In this document: in pieces, positions 1 through 13,899 of the stretch
How positions within the stretch are numbered: the first letter of the stretch is position 1
Layout of the letters: every line of letters begins with the position of its first letter
Notes under the pieces: model-generated
The model's input: the letters and a program-made list of their open reading frames with translations, nothing else
The model's database searches: none
What the model was told of the DNA's origin: nothing
Assembly: GCA_977030845.1 (NCBI GenBank)
Contig: OZ365110.1
Coordinates: forward strand, 27,652,001 to 27,716,000
Reading direction: 5' to 3'
Source: Fimbriosthenelais zetlandica
Taxonomy: Eukaryota
DNA length: 64,000 nt
Made by a program: the position numbers and the translations under genes

Positions 1-3000
1 GACGGACGGATGGGATCGTTCCACATCGTTTAGAAAAAAACTTTTTCCTTTAGGCCTGACCATTAGTGACGTAAATAATGTAATGTTCCTCGTCATTAAG
101 TCTTTTGTTCATATCTTTCAAGAAGAGTCATTGATTTGAAATTTGAGATGATAAAGTGTAACATTTGAATTATAACAGTGAGAAGGGATGTCCTTACATT
201 CCATAGGACTTTAGATTAAAGGTACATTTCTGTGGAGGAATTTGGCGAGATAGTGGTAAAAAACATTCATAGTAATAGTTATAAGTAATAGAGTAAGTGA
301 GATATTGCTTCACGGAGGATGATCCCACAAATTGAACCCTGCCGTTTTCAGGGTATCATATATGTATACACGTGTAGCAGTTTGTAACCAAGGTTAACCG
401 CCCTGGAGTAGACGATATCTAGGTGAGGGTGGTCTCTACTGTCAGCCATCAGGATCTGCATGGGTATATATAGTCCGTATGTAGGATCATCACATAAGCA
501 TGAAACTATATGGACTGCCAACAATGAAAGGTGGTATACTTAGTCCGTTCGAGACTGGTCTACCCTGTCAATAACTTCGGGGCGTAGCCGAGAGGATATG
601 AAAAGGGTAAACCAGTCAAGGGCTGACTTGTATTGTAAGTGTTTAGTGGCTTCAGTACACATTTGTTTTACGTCATGGCAGTGAATTATGGTCACAATAG
701 TAGACCGTTTTTTGACGCAATAAACAACGTAAACCACCAAAGCAAGTACTATATGTGCCTTTCGATCCATTCAGTCCTATTGCTGTCAAGTAGTGCCAGC
801 CACAATGAAACATTACTGTACTAACTGGCATCATCCCATGGAAAGTCCCATGGTGAGCCTAATGCAGGACTTGCCAATGTCAAGATCCAGGAGCAGGACT
901 GTAGACAGGGGCACAGAAGCTGGGGTACAGAGTCAGACACTTCTTCCAGTATATATATGCTGTAGGTGTCCATGGGGAGATGGGACGCTCCTTCTACAGG
1001 TGGGCGTGGACCATCGGGAGTCAGGTATTTCCTCCAGTGTATCCCATACACTATATACACATACTGGAACACAATTTTTATCCAACATGTTTATACAGGT
1101 TATTGAGTACAGAAAAGGGGCACTGCATGGCCTGAACTGAGAAATAAATGTTTTGCAAGAAAAGATTTAAACATTCCAGAGTATACTTAGAAGGGCAATG
1201 TGGGGAGAAAAAGTTTTAGATACATTTCCGAGTTGGATATGAATGGTTAACTGGGGTTATTTTCCAGCTTAGCATTAGCGCATTGGAATGATGGGAGAAT
1301 AAACATTTGTTAAAAATAATAAAATTTTAAAAAATATATTCAGATAATCAAATTTCAAGGTAAGTACAATTTTGCTACTGATTATGTTAGGAGGATTATG
1401 TTAGGAGGTAAAGTTTTGGAGGAAAAACATTATAATTATTGTTCTGGAGTTGTGACCTTTGGACTCAGTCAGAGAAAGATGGTCTTACAGGCTGTCAATT
1501 AATATTACACATGACAACATGTGGGCCATTCGTTTTCTATGTGCTGCTTGTTGACGGAGATAAAATGGGAGGTGGGTGGGTGGTCTGTGGATTTAGGGAT
1601 ACATCTGAGGGGGTTCAATCTGCAGCGTTAATCATAGGCCTACATCGGCGGAAATGGGCGGTGTTTGAAGTGATGAGATTTGGGTGAGAGGTATGTGGAT
1701 GTTTGGTAGAAGGTGTTCGGGTTTTGTATCAAAATCTTGGAATACAAAGATATAATGAGAGAAATTTTCAATTTGTAGTGTCTGAACTTGAGATTGGACA
1801 AATGATTAATATAGGGCAAGCCATGATCTTTTAAAGATTATATATTATTTAATATATTTATATAGTCAACAACATATTTTAGCGGGAATGAATAAATCAG
1901 GGTTGGGGGAGTGAAGTGTTGATGAGAAGTTTTTAGTGTTGAAGCTGTCAATAGAAAGCATGTTTGTGTCAGGGGTCGTGGAAAATGATCGCACTGTCAG
2001 CAGCCATGCTAGATCACACCTTGGTTATCAACACGTCATGGGATTTATCACTCACTCTTTTTCTACCGACACCTTGATGTGCGAATGATTTTTAGCCAGA
2101 AGTATTATATATTTGGAGGAGCATCCATACTAACAGGTTATGTTTCAAAGGAAACCCTGACCCTCAGGTGCACTTAATATGAATAAAAACACTACATATG
2201 CATTAAAATATTTCACGAGTTTGGGAACGCCTATATCAATAATCCCAAATGTTTTTTTGGGGGGAAGGTCTCCTGACTATATATTAATGGTCCAAATTAT
2301 TGCATGCAATTATGTAGTCACAAATATAGGTCAATATTACGCGCTTGGGGCTATTTTCAGTCAGAGGTTATCTATTTCGTTCATGTCAATGCAGGATATA
2401 TGTCAGTGTCAAACCCTTGCCATCAGCTCCTCACTTGCTCACAGCTGCTCAGGTGGAGGTCGCCAGAGGTAGGAGTGTGGTGGGTTGGATAAAATATACT
2501 CAAACATGCCGCATTGCAGAAGGAAAAATATCACACTTATGCTATTTTTATCGAAGGTTTATATTCTGATTCAGGGTCGCATTGAATAAAATGCTTTCGA
2601 CATTTTGCTTTAATTTCATTGTTATAGATATGTTTGAATGTTTTTAAAAGTAATGTCATAAATATAATTAAATCATTTACATACATCAATCGTTAATATG
2701 CCTAAAGCAACTTTTAAGTGCCTCCTGTGTCATTTCACACTATCCAAACCTGCTTTCACACATCTGCTACATTTCTGCCAAAGGCAACTCTGATGCCAAG
2801 CTTTTTAAGCCCATTTTTGGCAGAAATACAATGGGAACATCACCTGAAACATCTTCAACCATTGATATGAGATATAATAGAAATAATTAATCGACGACAT
2901 TCAGACATTCACGGCTCTGGGATATTTAAACAAGAATAATGGGAGAAATAACTCCGAACTTCTAAGTGCACAAATACATGGAATTGCCATGGAATGGTAT

Positions 3001-4013
3001 AATACATTTCCAGACCGGAAATGCAAAAAACAGGTTGACCCAAATAGCCTAGTCGATCTACACTATTTTCCAGTCATTAGCATGTAGACCTGCGGCCGCC
3101 AAGGTCAATGTAGTGAAAAAGGTAAACCTGCCTCCCAGCATGCCTTTTTCTTAGCACACTTCCGGCCAGACACCCCGTGTACAGACATGCCACCATAGCT
3201 CGCCCGCCACGCTGGTGCAGCTGGCGCGAGAAATGGTGACGTCACTAGTAATGTCACAGACGAGACTTGATGTTTATGGTTTTGTCTTTTTGCCGTCACT
3301 GTTGTGACACGAGACCTGGCGGTGGAGGGATGAACGGGTAATGTGCCCCCACCCAGCTTGAACTTTTCCAACTCACTCCCAACACTGTGCTTCAGTTCAA
3401 AGGATCAGACTTTGTAACTTCTCCACATTCGGGAGAAAAGACCCAGCGTTTTACTGCCTCCACCATTAACAGAGACATCAAGCGGAAGCTGGGCAAACGA
3501 ACAAGTGAATGTTGGCTTGAGCTTCAAAGGACGGCCTTCCCTCAAGGGGCAATACACTCAGGCTCAAATTGAAACCCCAACAGAAATCTTAACTTCCATT
3601 TGGGTTACAAAGTCCAGTCCAACTTAAAGTTCACTCAAAAACATTTGTAAGACCAGAGAGACTACACCACACTCTCTGGTAAGACTAAGAGCCAGTAGGC
3701 CTAGAGGTGTCTAATATTGGACATGCGGGTTTTGAGATCCAGAAAAGAAGTTATCACGGGTAAATAATTGTATAAATTGGAGTTATTTTCCCCACACTTT
3801 ATGTATAAGAATCCAGGGGCATGCTAAAAAATATGTTTAATGTTTATCATACGTTCAATTAAACCATAATTTTCCTTTCCGTAAAGTACAGACTGACCCG
3901 AGTGAATCTTTCAGCACAGGTTGCGAGCGCATATCGCATGGAGCTTCCGGTGCGCCAGGCATGCGCGGCACGGGTGGGCAGATATTGCCTATCAAAGACT
4001 CCCTCCCACACGC

Positions 4014-4254
4014 GCGCAAGGTGGCATCCCAATCTCTCAGCGAACTGAGAGGTGGAAAAAAACTGCCATGGATCATAAAAACACATCGAGACTGTTTCTA
4101 TTTGGAGATGTCTGCGCTAAACATAGTGAGAAGGCGGTCGCCAGGTGGCGAGTATGACAACTTCCGGTGTGAAGATAAGAAACTGAGCAGGGAGGTGGTG
4201 CAGGGGAAGAAGGTACTGATAAATCTAGTGCAAATGTTTGCCACTAGATGGTGT
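4014..4254 (+). promoter_or_regulatory. Cluster of three CTCF-like motifs in a CpG-rich patch
   Basis: GCGCAAGGTGGCAT (4014-4027), TCGCCAGGTGGCGA (4138-4151) and CCACTAGATGGTGT (4241-4254), all on +, resemble the CTCF core CCRSYAGRKGGCRS. The local sequence is CpG-rich against an AT-rich background. Motif match by eye only. Confidence 0.45.
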
Positions 4255-6502
4255 TGGATCCTATGGGGTGAAGATCTTTGTTGATAAGGTGTAATGATCT
4301 GATGGGTGGCGGCAAGGTAGGCGGGACACTTGTACAATATACATTATCCCAAAGCTGAGATTATTGACTTATTATCGGTACATCACTGACATTTTTATTT
4401 ATGCTGATTTCTTTTTATTTCTTTAATCCTTTGGACTTTTGACAGATTTATGAAAGTCCACTTACACATATAGAGAATTAGAAGCTTACCTGAGTACCCC
4501 TATATAAGGTTTGCATGAGTCAATTTCGTTATATAGGCTATGCCAAAAAAAATGATTATTATAATAGCCTATAGGCCCTATGAAGAAAAATATAAAAGCA
4601 TTAACACTTTTTTCGACTGCCCAAGAGTGTATAAATCTATCGATGTACTCTTGGATGAACAGCATAATTATGAAAGCATAATACAACATGTAACAATCAA
4701 ATTCATTTCTGACAGGGGGTTTACCCACTCTATCATCTGGGGATTCTCCAGAACCACAGAGACATCCTGAATGCCAACGAATGATCATCATACGTACATA
4801 TCTATGAAATGCATGGTGTCTGTCACTGTACCCCTGCAAAATTTGTGGCGGAAAAGGTGAGAGTTCATGAGTTTCCCATGGGTTTCTGGCAAGACAAATG
4901 ATTTCAGGAACTACCAGCTCGTGTTATTAATTCAAAGGGATTATGTAAGTTACCATAGGCAATTGTAATATATAATTTAATCATTCCCAATAGGAAATTA
5001 ATAGCACTTTCAGACTTCCACCTAAGAACAACGAACATGGTGACATGCACTCTTTCAACTGAGATGCACCTCCCATGTAGGCCAATCAAGTATTGTGTGT
5101 TGCAATAGATGATTTACCATTGAATCAATGAAACCAATTGTTTTGTATGGCCAAAAATATGCAAGATATGCAAATTGCAAACAAAGTATAATGGGCAAAC
5201 TATAAGAATATTTCATTATTTTTCTCAATAATAAGCAATGTTTATAGAGAAGGAGTCCGAACATTTTACTGAGGACCCAGAAGAAAGCCTAGAAGGTTGG
5301 TAATGACTGGTAATTTACTGGAGTAACTCGATCTCCTCTATCTACCAATGTTCTTGCAGTGTACCAACAGTAGATAGACACAGCTAACAATGGAAAGTAA
5401 CTTAATTCGGCACTCCCTGGACTTCCCCCCTCTATATCCCAATGGGTATCTCTTCCCCATACTTATTTGTCATGCCTAATCCATAATTATCTATGGCGAA
5501 CACCATGTCCTCTGAACCACTTATCGGCCGTTTTATCACTCCATCCCCATAAACCGGTCCCTTTAAGAGCGAAAGCGGTGAAACTAAATAGCTGATATTT
5601 TTCTTTCTCAGAAATTCAAGCCACGTTCAGAGGCCCTGCAATGAGTGCGGATTTAATGTGGCTATTGTCATGCAATTTACCAAACAACTATGGGGTATTT
5701 GATTTAACCCCCGTTCCAGTCCCGACCATCGTTTGCCCCCAAGGGCTGGAAATGCTTTATGAACTGGGGATCCTATATATCAGAAGCTTATAATAAGGGG
5801 TCCTAAAAGAGGCGTTAGAGGGGAGGTTAACTTCATGAAAGAATCTTGTCAGGTGTTTCAATATAAGACGAATGAATGAATTTCCAGTGTTTTGATGGAA
5901 GGACCGGTAAAGAAGGTACATATAAAGTCTGAACAATCCGCGGTAGATTTCCTACTTTGGTTTCACTCTTTTACCTTATCTCGTGGATCATCTACTATAG
6001 TCAACCAGTTTAACCTGAGAGACGGTGGGGTGATTTGTGTTCATTGGGGCATGACCGGCCCTCCAGCAGTGTGTGTATTGTGGTGGGGAGATTGATTAAC
6101 ACGTTCTGTCCGACTAATGCTAGGTTACGACAGAAGCTCTCTGCTGGTAGCGGCACTTTGATCTTTTAAGTCAAGTCTAGGAGAGAACAGCAGCTGTGAC
6201 GGGGATCAGAACAAGGATCCAGGGGTGCTTCATGTGGGGTAGGACCTCTCCAACCAAAAATGGGGATAAGTGATCATTGAGAATCCGAGTTAAATCTCAC
6301 AATTTCCATTTAGAGTCTACAGGTCTATCATGAAGAGGTTATTGTAGAGATTTTCATCTATATAATTACTCTACTTTGGAGCTCTTAGACTTGGACCTTT
6401 CTATCTCTATCCTGATCACTAAACATCTCTCCTCCACTTTTCTCCGCTGAGGTCATGACGTAAAAAGACCAGCAGACGAGAAACGACAGCCAAAGGTAAG
6501 TC

Positions 6503-6516
6503 CCGCCACCTGTTGG
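6503..6516 (-). promoter_or_regulatory. CTCF-like motif
   Basis: Minus strand reads CCAACAGGTGGCGG. Confidence 0.35.
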
Positions 6517-9500
6517 CGTGCGGCAAATTCTGACCTTCAGCTTTACTTGGCAAAGGTCAGGCCCACGTGTTTCCAAACCTTTACTTCTGTCACTATACTC
6601 CACCTCCCGACTCATTTTATGGGATGCCAAATGCACAATAAAAGCAATTACCCAAATAACGGGAAGAACCAGAAAAGGATTTCTAGAAAAATATTCACCA
6701 TCAGTAAAATGCTCCTGGAGAAACTAAACACAGTTGTATTTTTCTTATACTATAGATAGTAGTAAGTACCCTCAATATTTCTAATAAAAATAAGAAATAA
6801 GATGAAAATGGCACTCCATAAAACATTCATTCTCGCCCACACTGCAAACAGTAAGAAGTGCAAAGTTCAAATAACCAAGGAGCATCTATGTCGGTGTAGA
6901 TACATGATACACATTCTTGAAAAATCAGGCCAAATTGGAAGCGTTTACCAATGGTTTATTTTGCTCATCCCCTCTTGACAGCATAAAAATGTGGCAGAAA
7001 TCCGATCTTACAAGCCTAGTCCAATTACACCATGGTTAAACAACACTGACGGCTGACACGGCCAGGCCTTGTGTAATATTATATTCATATTTTAGGATAC
7101 GTCAGATATGAATAATAATGGCATATTTACTTTCATCATTTGTACCTGACTTCAATCCCCAGCCGTCTGGTTCAGGTCCCAGGGCCCCATACCTGGCTTG
7201 TTTTTAACTAGGCCATGTCAAACTGGGCATGCAATATCATAAAAATGTTCTGAGCAAATATTTATGATCATTTATCAGCGTCAAGTAGAGGTGAGTTGGG
7301 GAATGACAGATGCGATGGGTGACAAATAGGAAAACAAATTTTGGGTGATTGGTGGTTGATATATCCACCCGACATATCGACCTTATCAGGTCTATTCTAG
7401 TCCTTCTCATCTCAGCATCTCCCTTCCTCTATCTTACTTCCCCTTCTCTTCATCTCCTTCTCATTCCTTCATTCCTTATGATACCCTTATATATTAACTC
7501 TTGTCATGGTATGCCGAGACTGAATTGCCCATTTATCGCAAAATTAGTAAAGTATGTCGCACAGATTTAATGTCTACGAACGTTGCACAACCTCTCAAAA
7601 TTAAGGAATTATTTTAACATGATTGGGTTTTTAATGAGACACCCTTCTGGGCATATGGACTAGCTCTGTCCTGCTTCTGGTCTAGTCCCATTCTCGCCCA
7701 CCTCACCCCTCCATCAACCCCAGCCTTTCAAGTGACCGTGCAGACATGTACATCGTCTTATTAAAGCATTGCCTTGCTTGCACCATCCCACTGACTTTTA
7801 TAGCTTGGTGATCTAGAGGCTTATTTACGTTCACACACGCCAAGCTCTGTGAATGAAAAACCCCAAACAGCACCTCACACCTGGTCGTAATAGTTCCAAC
7901 CCGAGTCACGCAGAAGTCACACCACTACTGAAGACCCTGCCACAAAATAAGCAAACAGTCAGGCTATCCGAAACCCTGCCTGATGACAGGACACATCTTG
8001 CCAATGAGGATGTGCACATGTGCTCTTAGTTTTGTGGGATCGTGCTTGGGGTGGGGCATGTTACCTGTAACACACCTGAGATATACTCTTACACCAGAGA
8101 GACTACAGTCTCTCTGCTTACACGTAACCTCATATACTATAGGCCTACGCTTACCTGTACTCCCTTGCCACAAACTGTTTATCACATGGAAAGGACTGGA
8201 AGAGTTATCTTATTCTTTCTTGATATCTTGTATAAAGCTTAATCAGGTCTGGTCGTATCCATAAAATTCCTTTCAATGGAAACCAATTACATTGATAGGC
8301 CTATGACAATAATACCGAGTATTATAATATAATCTGACAAAAATACTACACATTGGCATTTAGCAAGTGTAGATAAGATTCAATTCCTTTCTAGTCAGAA
8401 GTAATGCAAATCCAAAGCACTTATGAATGCTCAGGTCAAGCATATAACGTCCAGGACCACGTACATCCGTTCAGAATTCACACACATACCTCTTCCTCAT
8501 CTGCCATCCCTTTACCATCAGGCCAATCATACAGAGTACATAAACACTGACCACGGGTGTTGACAAACTTTGAGAAAGCTATTTTGGCTTGAAAACGACC
8601 GCCGGCATAGCACCCCTCCGGCGTAGTGTACAGGTATGCAGGAAGGGGGCGTGCGCTGCGGTGAGCGATAATAGGTGGTCAGGGGAGTGGGGCCAAGACC
8701 GGTGTGAGCAACTCAGGCGAACGTGAAAGGTCAAGGTTAACCACGGAATGGCCAAGTTATTAACGCTCAACATTTGGGCAGGTTGGATTTGAGAGCATGA
8801 CTGAGGGAAATCCATGTGTAAAGTTTGAAAGAGAAAATCGAACTTTCTAGACTAAATAGGACTTTCAATCTATACCGCTGGATGTAGGGCCTATACAGGG
8901 CTATTGACCCTAAAGTCAGGCTTAAATGGGATTGTAGGTTATAATTGTTATAATTGCACCTATTCAATTTATAATAGTAAAGAAATTCACAACCTCCAAT
9001 TTAAAAGTTTAACAATAAAATAGTTGCCGCTAGAAAATCTCTCTCTCTCTCTCTGATTCTAAGGTATGACCGCACTATAGGAATTCAACAGATTTCCTTT
9101 TGAAAGGAAAAGTGCTTGGAATTTCAAAAATAATATTAGGGAGGAAAAGGAGAAATAAATGCTTGATGCTTCTGAAGCGAAGAATTGCTGACAATGAAGA
9201 CTGTTAAAAAAAAGATGAGAAAAAGTTGTCGCAAGTACAGAGGAAAAAAACCGTTCGAGAGTGCATTATGTAAATGGGTGTGCCAACAATAAAGCCACTA
9301 TGAGAAGGTAAATATACCAAACATATTTCAGGGCTAGATGGGGTTCAACCTCTGTGATTTATAGCCCCATTGAAACCTACCACCCCAGTCGAACCTCAGA
9401 CTTGTTGGACCCTGGATTCCAATCTCCGCCAATAGAGCATGTACGGGCAAATAGGATTGTGGAGACATGGAATGAAATAAATAAATAAAACCGTGAGTCC

Positions 9501-12500
9501 ATAATTAGGAATATGATAACGGGCCTTCTCGATATCAAATTGAAATTCCTATCCTTTATGACCCAATATTCCAAATCCAAGGCATCAATTTTATATAATG
9601 AATCTATGCAACGGGAACGTAAGTTGCGAAATCTGTGGAAAAGAATAAAGGCAGTGAAAACAGCAAACTTTGTTTTGTCAAATGTCCGATCATATATTTC
9701 AATTAAAAGAAAAGAAAGTAAATGATTTTGTAGGGATAGATGGCAAGTCTAATACTAAAAGCCCAATCTTCGCCTAAGGCCTATACACTGCACCTTATGT
9801 CTTGTTTAGCGAAAGAATTATGTTTACATTCGGAACATTAGCTTTTGCTGGGGTCAGGGGTCTCTCTAATTGTCTAAGTCTCGTTGCATAAACGTGCCCT
9901 GGACATTTTTTGTCTTTACTTCAACAAGCAAATGATGCCTTTTAGTTAAAGAGGTCTTGGCTACTGCATGAACCTAAGCAGTTAATGTGCCAGAAAATGG
10001 GGAACCATTGGCAGGTCTTGGATTTGGAAAAATCCATTAGAACCCCAGACACTGATGTTGAACATTAATTATATTGATGGAATGGTATTCAAAAGATAAT
10101 AATTTGAAAAGTTTGACATAAAGTTGATCATCATCACTATAGCATTTTCCCTCTTACTACCTACATAGTATTGTAAAAGATACCTCAAGGCGAAACACGA
10201 TGTTACACTCACCACAAGCATGATTATCATTTGGGATGAGTCTGTAGAAGAGAACCAAGTTGATATAGGACTCATCAAAGTATCCAGACTGAAAATACTG
10301 TCGGATTTCTGTGTATAACCACATAAAATACTGGCCTAAGAGAAGAAAATGAAGGGGCCATCGTAACGGATATCTACTGTTGCATGCATTTATGAAAAGA
10401 CCGAAGTTTAGATTTCAGAATATTAGATAAAAATTATATCTCGATCTCCACGCATGCTGCTCGAAAGAATTACACCCCTTTAAGGCATTATAGTCAACCA
10501 TCTCATTATAGACGACTTGACGCAATGGTCAAGGCACTTATAAAGAAAATCACCATAATTAGGCCAGGTTGCTGCAGCCTCTTCAGGCACTTACATCTCA
10601 TTGGACTAGAGGGACAATAACCTATACACCTAAATTAACAACGGAACTGTTGCTAATTAAGGCAACAGACGGACTCAAGTATCCCCGACAACTTCTATAT
10701 CATTGACGTTGAAGAGGGGATGATTGAAGACCGTGCGAGTGCCCTCTAATTGAAAGATCTTGAAAAAGAACTATGGTCCTCACACCTGACTAGTGCCTAT
10801 AGAGTCCAGCCCTGGGCTATACTATGGTAATTTTTCCTCTTGGGCAATTCACCACACATTATTTCTAATGCCATCACACATTAAAGGCTATAAAATCTGG
10901 GAAATTAATGCCATTCATGTCTAAAGGAAACATTTTTATAAGTATTTTATGACATGGTGTGTACAACAGAATCAGATCAGAAGTAGTGGATATGGAGATG
11001 ATAATAATGATAATGGAATCCTTGCCCTCCAGTCATGCAAGCTGGAGGTTGTGAGCATGAGGCAAGAGTTACAGAATAGCCAACTGTTGATGCAGTCACT
11101 GAACATGCATTACAACCAGCTGCCACCGCCAATAGCACCGCACCCAGACATCCATTCACAGATGTGCTAGCCCACTCCTTCCATGAATCACATGTATATA
11201 CACCATTCCAATGATATCAATGCACATACTCACACACCAGTATAGCATATCAGTGGTTTGGCTCAGATTACTAGATCATCGATAAGAAAAAACTCAAGAT
11301 GCATTTAAGAGCAGCTGCGGGTGTAGGTCATATTGGGGGAAAAATGCGAAAGAGTGCATGAAGACCTCAATACTGCTAGACAGAGTAAACAAATCGGACA
11401 ATTTACTAAATTGTAATAAATTTGTGATTCATTGGAATGTGTCTGGAAATATACCTAACTTTTATTTCTAATCGGAAATTTGTTTCCTCAATTTATGGTT
11501 TATAGCTGTGTGTCGATATAGATAAGCAGTGAGACTCATAGCGTTTGCATTTTGATCTGTGGTCATGTGTGATGAACTTTTTTTCGGAAGAAGACGAAGA
11601 CCTCATCTGAAAGGACCCATGTTGAGCCAAACCATGCTCAAAATAACTTAAACATGCTACTGACTGCCTCCTCCACAGCATCTCTTATTGACATTTAACT
11701 GGGTGCACAAGATTAGTGATGTGGTTACCAAGTGCAGCTTTTTAAATGATGTTAAACATTTAGAAAAGACATCATATTACGATTCAAAATCAACTAGATC
11801 CCTGTTTAGGATGTAAAGTATGTCACATGTTAAAGAGCTGAATACACAATGGGAATAATCAATTATCTTCATGGGCATATTATTCTAAATTGTATAATAT
11901 TGGAAGGTAACAATAGTACACTTAATTTAAATATAATTTCACACCTGGCCAAAATCCAGGTTGAAATTAAATTGATGAAATAACACTCACTAAATTTAAA
12001 TCAAGACATCAGATTGAAATTTGTTGGTCTGATGGGACAGGAGAAAGTTTGTCTCATTTTATATGCCAACAACCTTTCATCTTCCTTCTCCACTGAAACA
12101 CCGATAAAAGTTCTGTAACTTTCTCCATGCAGAGTGGAGCGCGACATGAAAGAGGACCAATAGCTGAATCGGAACATTCCTTGGGAGAGCACCAGATATA
12201 CCTGGTGAATGTTCGCATGAAATTCCGGGAAATCCACCAGTCTTTTTTCTATAGAGAAATCAAAGGAATCCTATTTTCAAAGGAAGTGAGCTAGTTCAGT
12301 ACTCGTAACAGAGACAGAGACCATAGCATGTGACGAGGAATGGATGTTTCGGTGACCACCTGTGAGCTCCCGTATACCTGAGGGACTTATCATCATGTAT
12401 CTACATGGGAGAATGCCTCCACTCCACAATTATTCTAATATCACATACAGCATCCAACATCTATTATTGTGCCAGGTCAGACTCGACTTCTAACATAATC

Positions 12501-12936
12501 TGATGACTTTTCAAAAAACCAGTGAGTAGAAGTTAGGGGATATATAAGATATTTTTATACCACAATAAGGAAAGGGGTGTTATCTTCAATCCCTGTTTCT
12601 TCAATCTTCGACGTTTCGACATCCCAATAAAACATTCACATTCTCCCAGGTTCAGCTAAAGTCGCCCCTTAGCTGTGGTCTGTAAACTGACAGCAGACCT
12701 GTCCCACCTATGGGGATGCTACACAAGTACCCCTGTATAAAGCATTCCAATGCCAGCCACCTTCCCTCACACAGCATGAATTACATAGACCTGGCATATA
12801 AAAAAGACTGATTGCCATTCTTGTTGACGCTCACAATATGGTCTCTACGGATCCAGAAGTTTTTCTCTTATTTCCTTGTCTCAACTTCTCTCTATCCCAA
12901 TCTCAAAAGATTGTTACCGATTCTTGTCAATTATTT

Positions 12937-13063
12937 ACGCCATAGTGACCGACACTGAATCCGGTATAGTTCACTATTGCTGATAAAGCCGCAAGGCCGA
13001 AGGCCGCGCGGCTGAGTCAGCAATAGTGAACGATACCGGATTCAGTGGAGGTCACTATTGCGT
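12937..13063. repeat. 127-bp imperfect palindrome (47-bp arms) with apical GGCC-GAA-GGCC mini-hairpin
   Basis: Left arm 12937-12983 versus right arm 13017-13063 shows 4 mismatches in 47. The loop contains AGCCGC...GCGGCT and GGCCGAAGGCC (12995-13005). Confidence 0.95.
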
Positions 13064-13899
13064 TTAGTACACGTCACACATTAGAATGCGTCACACAATA
13101 GAATATACAAGATCAGTATTTTAACTTGTAATGTGTTAAAACTGATGACTTTTGACTATATTTGTCCCCTCTTCACATTCGTAGCCACTACTCCACCATT
13201 CAGCCTGCTCCACCCAACATACACTCAAACACATACACCCCTGTGCCATACACATGTTTCCATACACACACCTCCTCATACTGGCGGCACGACGGCCGGA
13301 GGCCGGAGTGCCGCGTCACGTACAATGTTTGTTTGTATACAGTCTTGGTGCCAACTTGATGAGTGACACACTGTAGAGAAAAGCAATAGTGCATCCTTCA
13401 TACAGACTTCATTTATGCTAAGCCCTACACAACCCCCCTCCCCCCACCCCGATCAGAAATAATCGTGGAATCTGTGACAGCTGGACTGTATCAATGCCAA
13501 CGGCCTCTCCCCGGCAATGAATTAATGAACTGTTCAGAAAGGAGTTATTGAAAATGTTAGACACTGGTCAAGGATAATAAAATGATTTTTATCGCTAAAC
13601 GTCTCATCACTATTTTTCTTGCCCTTTGTTGAGGTGATGCTCAGGCTCCATTTAAGCGAGAATTCGCTAATTTCTCTGTTTCTGGGACAGCTACGACATG
13701 TCACAAGCATTAGGATAAGATTACATGATGTTTATTTCTCAATGTGTCCTTCTCCCCTGTGACAGGACATAAAAAATGTCTACAAGCACATAACAAGTGA
13801 CCAATGACCTTCAGCTTACAGGTGCTAGTTATTTGGCACTGTGGGAGCAAAGTTGGCATTACACAAGTCATTCCCACGTAAGGAACATCAAGAGACAAA

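Noticed and set aside
560-1072. Possible degenerate Gypsy-type integrase remnant on the minus strand (YSIYILEEVSDSVPQL resembling RFGxPEExxSDNGPQF; YNTSQPLTG downstream)
   Set aside because: The similarity is faint, needs several frameshifts, and the spacing between motifs is about twice that expected. It cannot be supported without a tBLASTn/HMM search.
5612-5792. Strong + strand acceptor followed by IQATFRG (IQ-motif-like)
   Set aside because: No convincing donor or partner exon, and the following residues do not continue an IQ motif.
9378-9448. Very decayed tRNA-like head on the minus strand (GCCCG...TGCTCTATTGG...GGTTCGACT)
   Set aside because: The A box is poor, there is no cloverleaf and no identifiable body or tail. 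It may be a SINE relic but is not supportable.
10949-11170. 73-aa ORF with coiled-coil-like composition
   Set aside because: No recognisable domain, no supported splice partners, and a length within chance expectation.
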